In this document: positions 56,254 through 64,000 of the stretch, piece after piece
Position numbering within the stretch: the stretch's first letter is position 1
Layout of the letters: each line of letters begins with the position of its first letter
IMG/VR virus record: IMGVR_UViG_3300044796_000394
Origin: a virus
Lineage: Duplodnaviria > Heunggongvirae > Uroviricota > Caudoviricetes
Reading direction: 5' to 3' (one strand)
DNA length: 64,000 nt
The notes under the pieces: model-generated
Databases searched by the model: none
The model's input: only the letters and a program-made list of their open reading frames with translations
What the model was told of the DNA's origin: nothing
Made by a program: the position numbers and the translations under genes

Positions 56254-58196
56254 TTGATCCTACTTATTCCGTTTTCTTTAATGACTGTGATAGTATCGTA
56301 GTTACTTAACATTTCCAACAATTCAGGATCGTGTGTAGTCACCAAGACTTGACGATCTCTTGCCAATTCGCAAATCATGGCAAAAACGGATTGAATGCCC
56401 GGTCTGTCCAGATTTGTACCAACCTCATCCAGACTGACAAGACTCGGACAGGAACCAGCCGTTAAAGCGGTTACGTTTGCGAATCCCTGCGAAATACCCA
56501 AGCTGATGCGTTGATGTTCACCGCCAGACATTGCGCTGTGTACGAAAGGATCACCGTCTGGAGGATTCCTCTCAATCTTCTCAACCAATTCCGTATTGAA
56601 CTTAAGAGTGATCTTATTATCAATCAAGAATTGGAGCCAGAAGTTAATCTTGGCATTGAGCAATGGAACGATTTCATCAATGATAAACGACCGAATGCCC
56701 TTGTCGCCGAAACCCATAATCCAAAAATCGTAATATGGGATTTGAGAAGTATGCTCATCAACTTCCTTACGCTGCGACATCATCTTTTGACGATTGAAAT
56801 CTAATTCTGCTTCCAAATTGGCCAAGATCGGCCCATAAGGATCGCCTGCCTCGTACTCAGTTACTTTCTGCTCTAATTGTTCTGACAGTGTATCAATCTT
56901 TTGTTCGATAATCAATGCCGCTGCATTAGCATTCTTCTGAAAAGCCGCTGTCAACTGTGAACGCTTGGATTCCAACTCACGAATATTCCTCACGACACCC
57001 AATTCACGAATTTTGGCATTTTCAATCGCTTCAACAATAGCCGCAATCGCCCTATCGTACTTGCCCATCTTGACAGCCGCCGCATCCCAATCGGTCTGAT
57101 TCTTCTTGATCTCTTCCCTGATTTCAGCAATCTGATCCTCGTTATGGGAAATCACGTGCTGGAAATTTTCCTTGTTCACAACACCGAAACAAACCTTACA
57201 TTTAGTACCGTTACTCGTCGTCAAAGAATGGGTTTGTTGCTTCAATTCCTCAATGTCTTTTTCACTCTTCTTGATTGCGTAAGCGAGTTCTTTAGTTCCT
57301 AGCATCAACGTTTGACGATCTTCACGTACTTGACTGTGTTTCTTTTCCGCTTCTCGAATCGCTTCCTGTATCGCTTGACGAGATTTCGTTTTTTCTTGAA
57401 TCGACTCTTCAACCAAAGAAATGTTCTCGTAGCTACTCACCGAATCTGGCTGAATTTGGGCCATCTCCTCTTTTGCCCTAACAATCTGTAGCTTCAATCG
57501 CTCAATGCTGTTCATCTGGCCCATTCGCCAATCTTCACGCTGCTTTGAGATGTTGATAATTTGCCGTTCAGCAGTTTGAACATTAACAGAACTTTTTTCA
57601 TAAACTGCTTTGATGACTTCCAGCTTTTGAAGAATTACAGTTTTCCGCTTCTTCGCCGACTCACAAAACTTATTGTACTTGTCTAGAGACAACAAACTCT
57701 CTGCGATCTGCCTTTTTTCAGAAGGGTTGCACATCAAGAAAGGCTTAGCGTTATGCTGGCCGAAACAAACAATGTTAATGAAGGCATTGTAGTTCAGTTT
57801 GATGATCTTGTTGATTTCATCTTGGGTTGCAGGAATACCACCGAGCTTCTGTAAATCGCCATCCTTGTACAGAGTCAAATCGTTCTTTTCTCTTCTGCGA
57901 TTGATCACATAAGCGTGACCGTCCAATTCAAAGCCAATTTCAACTTCCAACTTGGACTTCATCTTAATGTTGATGACTTCGTATTGGTTGAGGCTCTTGA
58001 TCAGCTTGCCATAAAAGGCGTAAACAATGGCTTCTATGATGGTACTCTTACCAGCACCATTACTCGCATCTTTGCCAATATCAAGATTTTCACCTTTGAT
58101 ACAAACGATGTTGCCGTACTTTGTGAAATCGATGAAAAGAGGATTCTCGTTTCCGAACGATAAAAAGTTTGATGCTTTGATGTAATTGATTTTCAT
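56250..58196 (-). CDS. SMC/Rad50-family recombination nuclease ATPase subunit (gp46/SbcC-like)
   Basis: NFLSFG, NGAGKST, CKVC zinc hook, MSGGE, LDE and TH motifs. Confidence 0.95.
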   Translation of the reverse strand: MKINYIKASNFLSFGNENPLFIDFTKYGNIVCIKGENLDIGKDASNGAGKSTIIEAIVYAFYGKLIKSLNQYEVINIKMKSKLEVEIGFELDGHAYVINRRREKNDLTLYKDGDLQKLGGIPATQDEINKIIKLNYNAFINIVCFGQHNAKPFLMCNPSEKRQIAESLLSLDKYNKFCESAKKRKTVILQKLEVIKAVYEKSSVNVQTAERQIINISKQREDWRMGQMNSIERLKLQIVRAKEEMAQIQPDSVSSYENISLVEESIQEKTKSRQAIQEAIREAEKKHSQVREDRQTLMLGTKELAYAIKKSEKDIEELKQQTHSLTTSNGTKCKVCFGVVNKENFQHVISHNEDQIAEIREEIKKNQTDWDAAAVKMGKYDRAIAAIVEAIENAKIRELGVVRNIRELESKRSQLTAAFQKNANAAALIIEQKIDTLSEQLEQKVTEYEAGDPYGPILANLEAELDFNRQKMMSQRKEVDEHTSQIPYYDFWIMGFGDKGIRSFIIDEIVPLLNAKINFWLQFLIDNKITLKFNTELVEKIERNPPDGDPFVHSAMSGGEHQRISLGISQGFANVTALTAGSCPSLVSLDEVGTNLDRPGIQSVFAMICELARDRQVLVTTHDPELLEMLSNYDTITVIKENGISRIK

Positions 58197-59233
58197 TCGG
58201 CGCAAATCTCCTGTGCTATTTTGAGCAAGTCATTCGTGTCTAAATTTTGTGTATTGCTGGCAGAAATGAACCTTTGGAAAAGGTCGCCATCTTGCAAATT
58301 GAATTTGAGCATTCGATCTTCTTTGGATTCTTCTTTCGCAATGATTTCCTTCGGTAGAAATGTTACTTGTGAATCCGGTGATGTAGAACGTACCTTGCTC
58401 TGTAAATCTACTACGTCGGCAGAATTGAGGTCATCGACGTAAACCCTCACGAAATTGCGGCCCAAATCTTCGGGCAAATCCACAGCATCCAAAATCAAAT
58501 GCTTCGGTGAAAAATCATTAACTATCGCAATCGTTTCCAATGTTTCAGTATCCATCGCCAAGATGTGTTTTTCCTGAAAGGCTTCGTTAAATGTTAACTG
58601 TAATGGCGAACCGATGTACTCTACCTTGTCGGTCAATTTTTGGGCACCGTGATAGTGTCCCAAGAAAACTCTGTTCCATCCGTCAAAAAGATCACGGCTA
58701 ACAGGTACCATATCGTTTTCATTCTCAACCGATACTTCTGCTTTTGTTCTATGATTAAAGTTAAGTACGGCACCATCTACGGCAATATGACCAATCAATA
58801 CGTTAGACTTCTTCGCTTTCCAATTCTTTAGAGTATTAATTGGATTATGAGTGAAGGGCAAGAAGTCAATTGGGAAATCGCCGACCATCACGGTTGATGG
58901 TTCCGATACGACAGTAACGTTTTTAAGGGCAGCGAACGGATGTACACTAGAGATTTCTTTACTTTCGTAAAACCACAGATCGTGGTTGCCGAGTAGAAGA
59001 TAAAGATTAATGTCGGGATTGGCATTCAGAACATTGAATGTTTTGTTGTAAGCCAAAACTTGAATTTTTTGACGGTCTTGAAAGAGGTCGCCGCCAAAAA
59101 CGATATTTTTGATCTTCCGCTTGCGGGCCGTATCAAAAACCCACTGGAGGACTTTTAGACAATCCTCCAAGCGATCTTGACTACCTTTATGTGCTGCGAT
59201 GTGAACGTCTGAGAAAAATAAAATTTCGGGCAT
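58193..59233 (-). CDS. Mre11-family nuclease subunit (gp47/SbcD-like)
   Basis: SDVH, GGDLF, GNHD, GH, LGHYH and YIGSP motifs. Confidence 0.95.
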   Translation of the reverse strand: MPEILFFSDVHIAAHKGSQDRLEDCLKVLQWVFDTARKRKIKNIVFGGDLFQDRQKIQVLAYNKTFNVLNANPDINLYLLLGNHDLWFYESKEISSVHPFAALKNVTVVSEPSTVMVGDFPIDFLPFTHNPINTLKNWKAKKSNVLIGHIAVDGAVLNFNHRTKAEVSVENENDMVPVSRDLFDGWNRVFLGHYHGAQKLTDKVEYIGSPLQLTFNEAFQEKHILAMDTETLETIAIVNDFSPKHLILDAVDLPEDLGRNFVRVYVDDLNSADVVDLQSKVRSTSPDSQVTFLPKEIIAKEESKEDRMLKFNLQDGDLFQRFISASNTQNLDTNDLLKIAQEICAE

Positions 59234-59299
59234 AGAAGTACCGAGGGGTTATGTCGGTATATTCTAACGATAATCTTTTCATTTTCTATCTTACTTTTT

Positions 59300-59695
59300 T
59301 CACTTCAACAAACTCTTGGGCTTTTGCTCAACTTTGGCAACTTTATTTAACTTTGGATTGCGTTTTGAAACACTAATCTCATTGAAAAATTCGTTATACT
59401 TTTGATCGTCAGCGACACGTCTTAACACTTTCCAAACGTCGGCAATGGAAATGTTTTGGATAGGTACAGGAGTTGCCGGTGGTGGTGGTGCGCCCATTCC
59501 GCCCATATCACCGCCCATAGGAGGCCCGCCACCCATTCCGCCCATCATAGGATCAGCACCGGGAGCACCTCCCATCGCATCAGGGGCACCACCCATTTCA
59601 CCACCTGGAGCAGGCGGCATACCACCAGCCGGGGGCGGTGGACCAAGAGGAGCTTCGGTTAAGCGGGTACAGGCTTCATAAAAACTTTGCTTCAT
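59300..59695 (-). CDS. Hypothetical Gly/Pro/Met-rich protein with a capsid-targeting-like N-terminus
   Basis: MKQSFYEACTRLTEA; TAAATA box 7 nt upstream. Confidence 0.65.
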   Translation of the reverse strand: MKQSFYEACTRLTEAPLGPPPPAGGMPPAPGGEMGGAPDAMGGAPGADPMMGGMGGGPPMGGDMGGMGAPPPPATPVPIQNISIADVWKVLRRVADDQKYNEFFNEISVSKRNPKLNKVAKVEQKPKSLLK

Positions 59696-59807
59696 ATGAG
59701 ATTATTTAGTACTATTTTCTTGACTTATGAGAAAAATTATGAGATTATATTATCAACGCTGGTTGAGCCGGAACCAGTAACAACGTAGATTCTCAGGGGA
59801 GAAGACG

Positions 59808-60137
59808 ATGAAAAGACCACTTCAAGAACCCAAATCTCAGCGATACAGAGCAATTGCCGTCTTTGCCAGTGGCAAAGAAGGGTTGATAACGCTCGGTAGC
59901 AACTACGCCTTTGTACAGGAAAACTACGACGAAGCGTTTCACAAACTGTACGGCGTGGACAGCGAAGGGAACCAAACAGCGAGCATTAAGGAGGTTCATG
60001 TCCAGCAATGGCAAGGGCAATCCGATGTTGGCCGCTGGAATACCCTCAAGGTTCTTCCGGTGCCACAACCCGTCGTCATCGGCATCGGCGTACGCAAAAA
60101 GCCGGTTGAAACCGCTGCGGAACCGACCATCGGTTAA
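59808..60137 (+). CDS. Hypothetical protein
   Basis: GGGGAG RBS; 109 aa. Confidence 0.6.
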   Translation: MKRPLQEPKSQRYRAIAVFASGKEGLITLGSNYAFVQENYDEAFHKLYGVDSEGNQTASIKEVHVQQWQGQSDVGRWNTLKVLPVPQPVVIGIGVRKKPVETAAEPTIG

Positions 60138-60197
60138 ATAAAAAAATATTTTTCACAAAATCGGCGGATTTTTATCCGCCGATCATTATTTAACGGT

Positions 60198-60491
60198 ATG
60201 ATAAACGTTAAACCCCCAGATCCGTTTTGTGAAGCCGTATTAGGTGAATTCAAACCGGACAAAGTAAAAACAGACAAAGGCACTCTCGCCTTTGCACGCA
60301 AAGGCGAACTTTTCATCGCCGAAGAATACGCACAAAAATGGGTTGATCCCGTTACCTTCCAAAATAAATGGATCTTTGGAAATGTGAACCTAGTCGAATG
60401 GCGACTGGTAAGCAAATTGGATGGCTCGGTTAGCTACGAAAGGCAAATGGAACCTTGCCTCAAAGGTGGCAAACTTAAGGATATGCTCTAA
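60198..60491 (+). CDS. Hypothetical protein
   Basis: 97 aa; followed by a terminator. Confidence 0.55.
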   Translation: MINVKPPDPFCEAVLGEFKPDKVKTDKGTLAFARKGELFIAEEYAQKWVDPVTFQNKWIFGNVNLVEWRLVSKLDGSVSYERQMEPCLKGGKLKDML

Positions 60492-60494
60492 ACG

Positions 60495-60522
60495 AAAAAG
60501 CCCGGCTTAGCCGGGCTTTTTT
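60495..60522. terminator. Bidirectional intrinsic terminator
   Basis: A5-GCCCGGC-TTA-GCCGGGC-T6; same stem as at 3114 and 16901. Confidence 0.88.
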
Positions 60523-61925
60523 CATTCTTGTACAGTCACTTTATGCCCTTCGGCCTCAATGATCTTCACTCGCTTCCAAGAGTGCTTTTCCAGATAATCA
60601 TTGATTTCAAAGATAAAGTCATAATACTTTAAGTGATCCTTGTCATTCGCCATACGCAATCCACGACCAAATCTTTGAATAATCTGGTGGTCGGCCTGGC
60701 CCCCGCACGCATTTACGAGATTATGACAAAAGACGTTAATACCGGTATTGAAAATACCGGAAGTCGCAATCGCAACCAAATCGTCTTCATCGTGCTTCAA
60801 TCGGTCAATGATATATTTGCGAGTCTCTAGAGTATCCTCGCCTCGTACCCACAACGAACCGGGGATCAATTCCTGCAACCTGTCGCCGTGGGCAATTCTC
60901 TCAACAATTACCAAGGAACGACCTTTCAAGCCTTTCACTAGATCAGAAACCTGCTTATGAAAATGTTCATTTTCAGCAATACCAAATGTAACTGCATCCA
61001 AATAAATCGCATATGGAATCTTAGGTTCTGTGACTTTGGCAAAATAGCATTCCGCACTGGATAAAATGTTCCGATCTTGAAGTTCTTTGGTTGTTAACTT
61101 TCCACTCTCGGTGCTGTCGGTCAAGAAGGGAGGGCCAAACCATCCCTTGACATCATACATCTGGCTTTCATCCTTGCCTCCAAACTTGAACGGCGTAGCG
61201 CTCATTCCAATCCGTACAGAGCAATTCTTCATCGCAGCGTAAATCTTCTTCGGCACCTTGCTCATCATTTCATGGATTTCGTCCACGATCAACACTTGGA
61301 TTTTGCCGAGTACCGGTTTAAGTAAGTGGGCGCTCTGAGAAGTGCTACAAGTGATGTAATTCGGATCTTTCTTGGAACCGTACAGCCTACCGCATTCCAA
61401 TCCCAAAGACTTGATTTCTTCGTAGTTCTGATCCACCAGAGAGGTTTTATTGGCTAGAATAAGCGTTGGCGTCTTAGGCGGCAATGCCTTGACAATCGCC
61501 TTCATCGTATTGGTTTTACCAGATGAAGTCGGAGATGTAATGAGACCACGACTGTATTTGATTGTGTGGTTAACGTAATCAACTTGATAATCCCGAAGTT
61601 CCTTAACTGGATTCGGGCCTTCATTCAAGAAGTACTGATTGATGGAAGGAACACGCCAAGTGATTTTGTTACGAAAATCAGCGACCGTGTAAGGAGCACC
61701 CAACTCCTTCAAAGCACCCTTGACTTCCGGAAGCAGACCAGTTAAAAACCTACCGGAATCTTTCTTGAAGAAATCATCGTAACCGTCCCAGAGTTTTTGT
61801 TTATATCGAAAGTTGTGAAAGTAATTCTTGGCTCTGACCCGCAATGCTCTCCAAAGTATATGCTTCAAGCCCTCGTCTCCGGATTCCAACCAACTATAAT
61901 TGTTTTCTAACCGTAAATTGTTCAT
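60522..61925 (-). CDS. uvsW: SF2 DNA helicase (T4 UvsW-like)
   Basis: WDG, LRDYQ, PTSSGKT, DEIH, SATP and QRFGRGLR motifs. Confidence 0.9.
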   Translation of the reverse strand: MNNLRLENNYSWLESGDEGLKHILWRALRVRAKNYFHNFRYKQKLWDGYDDFFKKDSGRFLTGLLPEVKGALKELGAPYTVADFRNKITWRVPSINQYFLNEGPNPVKELRDYQVDYVNHTIKYSRGLITSPTSSGKTNTMKAIVKALPPKTPTLILANKTSLVDQNYEEIKSLGLECGRLYGSKKDPNYITCSTSQSAHLLKPVLGKIQVLIVDEIHEMMSKVPKKIYAAMKNCSVRIGMSATPFKFGGKDESQMYDVKGWFGPPFLTDSTESGKLTTKELQDRNILSSAECYFAKVTEPKIPYAIYLDAVTFGIAENEHFHKQVSDLVKGLKGRSLVIVERIAHGDRLQELIPGSLWVRGEDTLETRKYIIDRLKHDEDDLVAIATSGIFNTGINVFCHNLVNACGGQADHQIIQRFGRGLRMANDKDHLKYYDFIFEINDYLEKHSWKRVKIIEAEGHKVTVQE

Positions 61926-61963
61926 ATGAATAAGATACTAACATACAAACTAAAGAATGTCAA

Positions 61964-62533
61964 TTATTCTTTGAATTGTCCAGCAAGTAATTTGGGATAG
62001 CGACTTTTTGGCAACCACGGGGCAATCATACGAATTAACGTCTCAGTACCCGGAACCGTAAAGACAATCACATAACTCTTGCGTGATTTATTAATATTAC
62101 AAGGAATTTCAACCTCATTGAAATATTGTTCAATGATTTCATTGCCTTTTAAGCCAAAAGACTGCGTCCGAAGACAAGCGTTCTTCATCTTGCGGCCAAT
62201 CAGTGTGCCACTATCACCGTACCAAACTGCAAGCCCCATATCTCTCAACGGATCAAGCCATTCCATGCAAACTTGTTTTTTGCCGTCGGGATAGCAGAAT
62301 TTACGCAGATCGGTGAAAATTGGATGTGAAACAGAACGCCAAGTACAAGTCGTTCCACTGATATACCACGGTGTTGCGGCCCCGTAATGCGCAATTTCGC
62401 TCGCCTTGGTTTGAAGCCAAGATAAGTGCTTGCTGCTGTGTCTCATACACAAGTAGCTGTTCTTAGAGCCTTGGCAAATATATCCATTGCCAAGCAGCGT
62501 ACCCAAGACGATTTGTCTTTGATTGTCGTCCAT
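61964..62533 (-). CDS. LAGLIDADG-family endonuclease-like protein with altered catalytic motifs
   Basis: QIVLGTLLGNG and LAVWYGDSG; LRTQSF. Confidence 0.8.
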   Translation of the reverse strand: MDDNQRQIVLGTLLGNGYICQGSKNSYLCMRHSSKHLSWLQTKASEIAHYGAATPWYISGTTCTWRSVSHPIFTDLRKFCYPDGKKQVCMEWLDPLRDMGLAVWYGDSGTLIGRKMKNACLRTQSFGLKGNEIIEQYFNEVEIPCNINKSRKSYVIVFTVPGTETLIRMIAPWLPKSRYPKLLAGQFKE

Positions 62534-62647
62534 GACAATATCTATGCTCCGAAGCGATCAATTAAACATTAATGACATATATAAGAAAAGAGATATTACG
62601 ATCTTTATTAGACGACAGTTTGAAGGCGAGGAAGGTATATAAATTCT

Positions 62648-64000
62648 ATGAGACATTTAAAATTCCGAGAATTTCAAGAAGCTAAAGAAGCCAAAGAAAA
62701 GGGTTTGGCAACAGAACCCGCTGGTAAGCCGAACAATGCCCCGGATGGCGGCAAGGGTCCAGCCGTAGGCAAAGGCTTCGGAGATCAAAATGGTCTTGAA
62801 CCAAATAAAGAAAAAGACGGTGGCAAGGGTGCCAATGTCGGCAAGGGTTTGGGCGATGAAAAAGGTGTTATCACCAAAGATCAAGCCATTCCCAAAGAAG
62901 GCAAGACTGTAGAACTCATTAAGATTGATTCTGGCTTCATTGGCAAGGATTACAAGGGTTTTTTGGCTACCAAGTATGGGAACAAGGCCGAAGATACCAC
63001 CCAACCGTACGCTGACAAAGCCGACGATACCGGAGTTTATCTTTCCTCATCTTCCGAAGACCCAAAAAAAGGTTTAGCATTTGATGCGATGCCCGGAATG
63101 ACGGCAACCAATTCCGGTGGTGAAGAACCTAAGTTCAATTTCACGAAGAAAAACATTGCCAAATTAACGTCCGAAGAATTCCTCAAAGACACTCAAAAAT
63201 TGTCGCCTACTGATTTTGTTAATTATTACGCCGAGAATACTGAAGAAGAACCTTTACCTACGATTACCGACTTGAATGGTAATCAATTTACGCCAGATCC
63301 AAATCAAACAATTGAATATCTTGCTCACTTGGCAGCTAAAAACCCAAGATTGATGACTCGTTTTGTACGAGAAATCAAGAGACACGAAGGTGGCTTCAAC
63401 AAATTATTCAGTGAAAGCGCAGATCATCCAGAATTCGTTACGAATATGGTTGAGAGTATGTCAAAGCCTGAAACCGGCAAAAAGTTCTGTCATCGTATTG
63501 CCCGTGGTATGAATGATACCTACATGACGGCACTTGATAACTATGTTATGGAAAACAGGTTAAACGAAGAAGTACAGCCGAAAAAAGACCTATCTGTCGA
63601 AGACGGTGGGCCAGTCGGAAATCCTCCCGAAAATCCTTCGGGTATGTCTTCCCCACAAATGAAACAACCGCAAGGCGGGGCATTTGGTGGTGGTGGACCC
63701 GCACAACCCAACCTTCAACCTCCGGGCGGGGCAATGGGCGGCGGAGGACCGGCTGGCCCATCAGCTCCCCCACCGGGCGGCGCAATGGGCGGCGGCGGTG
63801 CAATGATGGGCGGACAAGCTACAGGGCCAGCAGCAGGCCCGGCAGGAATGGGCGGAATCGGCGGCGGGCCACCTTCATTGCCTCCTACCGGATTTGATGC
63901 CGGTGGTATGCAGCCCCCTCAACCAACAGCCAAGCTTAAAGGTGAAACGGCTCACGGTAACATGATTGAAAGCATGGGTGGTTTCCCTCACATGCACACC
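62648..64000 (+). CDS. Large hypothetical protein, 5' part (not in the ORF track; runs off the window); putative head protein
   Basis: MRHLKFREFQEAKEAK..., repeated DGGKG.xVGKG.GD and a Gly/Pro/Met-rich tract; no in-frame stop noticed. Confidence 0.7.
   Translation, partial: MRHLKFREFQEAKEAKEKGLATEPAGKPNNAPDGGKGPAVGKGFGDQNGLEPNKEKDGGKGANVGKGLGDEKGVITKDQAIPKEGKTVELIKIDSGFIGKDYKGFLATKYGNKAEDTTQPYADKADDTGVYLSSSSEDPKKGLAFDAMPGMTATNSGGEEPKFNFTKKNIAKLTSEEFLKDTQKLSPTDFVNYYAENTEEEPLPTITDLNGNQFTPDPNQTIEYLAHLAAKNPRLMTRFVREIKRHEGGFNKLFSESADHPEFVTNMVESMSKPETGKKFCHRIARGMNDTYMTALDNYVMENRLNEEVQPKKDLSVEDGGPVGNPPENPSGMSSPQMKQPQGGAFGGGGPAQPNLQPPGGAMGGGGPAGPSAPPPGGAMGGGGAMMGGQATGPAAGPAGMGGIGGGPPSLPPTGFDAGGMQPPQPTAKLKGETAHGNMIESMGGFPHMHT

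Noticed and set aside
62657-63803. Minus-strand track ORFs 62657-63004 and 63546-63803
   Set aside because: They are antisense to the long + strand ORF starting at 62648, which the track omits because it has no stop inside the window.
63650-63930. GC-rich GGC/CCG repeats here and at 59470-59650 and 14450-14540
   Set aside because: These are low-complexity Gly/Pro/Met or Ala/Pro coding tracts inside ORFs, not independent repeat elements.
1-64000. Stop-codon reassignment as in some jumbo phages
   Set aside because: Core genes are full length in the standard code, and TAA, TAG and TGA all occur as plausible gene ends.

Overview
This window is a 64-kb segment of a large T4-like (myovirus-type, probably jumbo) phage genome, read in the standard genetic code. 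Head genes: 5' end of the major capsid gene, gp22-like scaffold, gp21 prohead protease and an intein-containing gp20 portal. Neck/tail genes: gp13-, gp14- and gp15-like proteins, gp18 sheath, two gp19-like tubes and a gp26/gp51-like pair. It also encodes a gp55-like late sigma factor, an SbcCD (gp46/47) pair, a UvsW-like helicase, a class II ribonucleotide reductase, pyrG, pyrF, three orphan DNA methyltransferases, three homing-endonuclease-type genes, several accessory enzymes and one unusual tRNA. The most striking feature is at 54775-56253: six translationally coupled mini-genes sharing a C-terminal tag (KKxKIxCEIL[G/K]EE). Their variable parts contain short look-alikes of conserved motifs of portal, prohead protease, major capsid, tail tube, tail sheath and RNR, several of which can be aligned by eye to the full-length genes in this same window. 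I interpret this as a candidate array of peptide decoys or mimics. Other highlights are a Ser-type tRNA body with a Phe anticodon and a 43-nt variable arm, a probable -1 frameshift joining the gp26- and gp51-like ORFs, and an IS607-type HTH fused to a YfbU-like domain behind phased direct repeats. All family assignments are from motif recognition by eye; no database searches were run.
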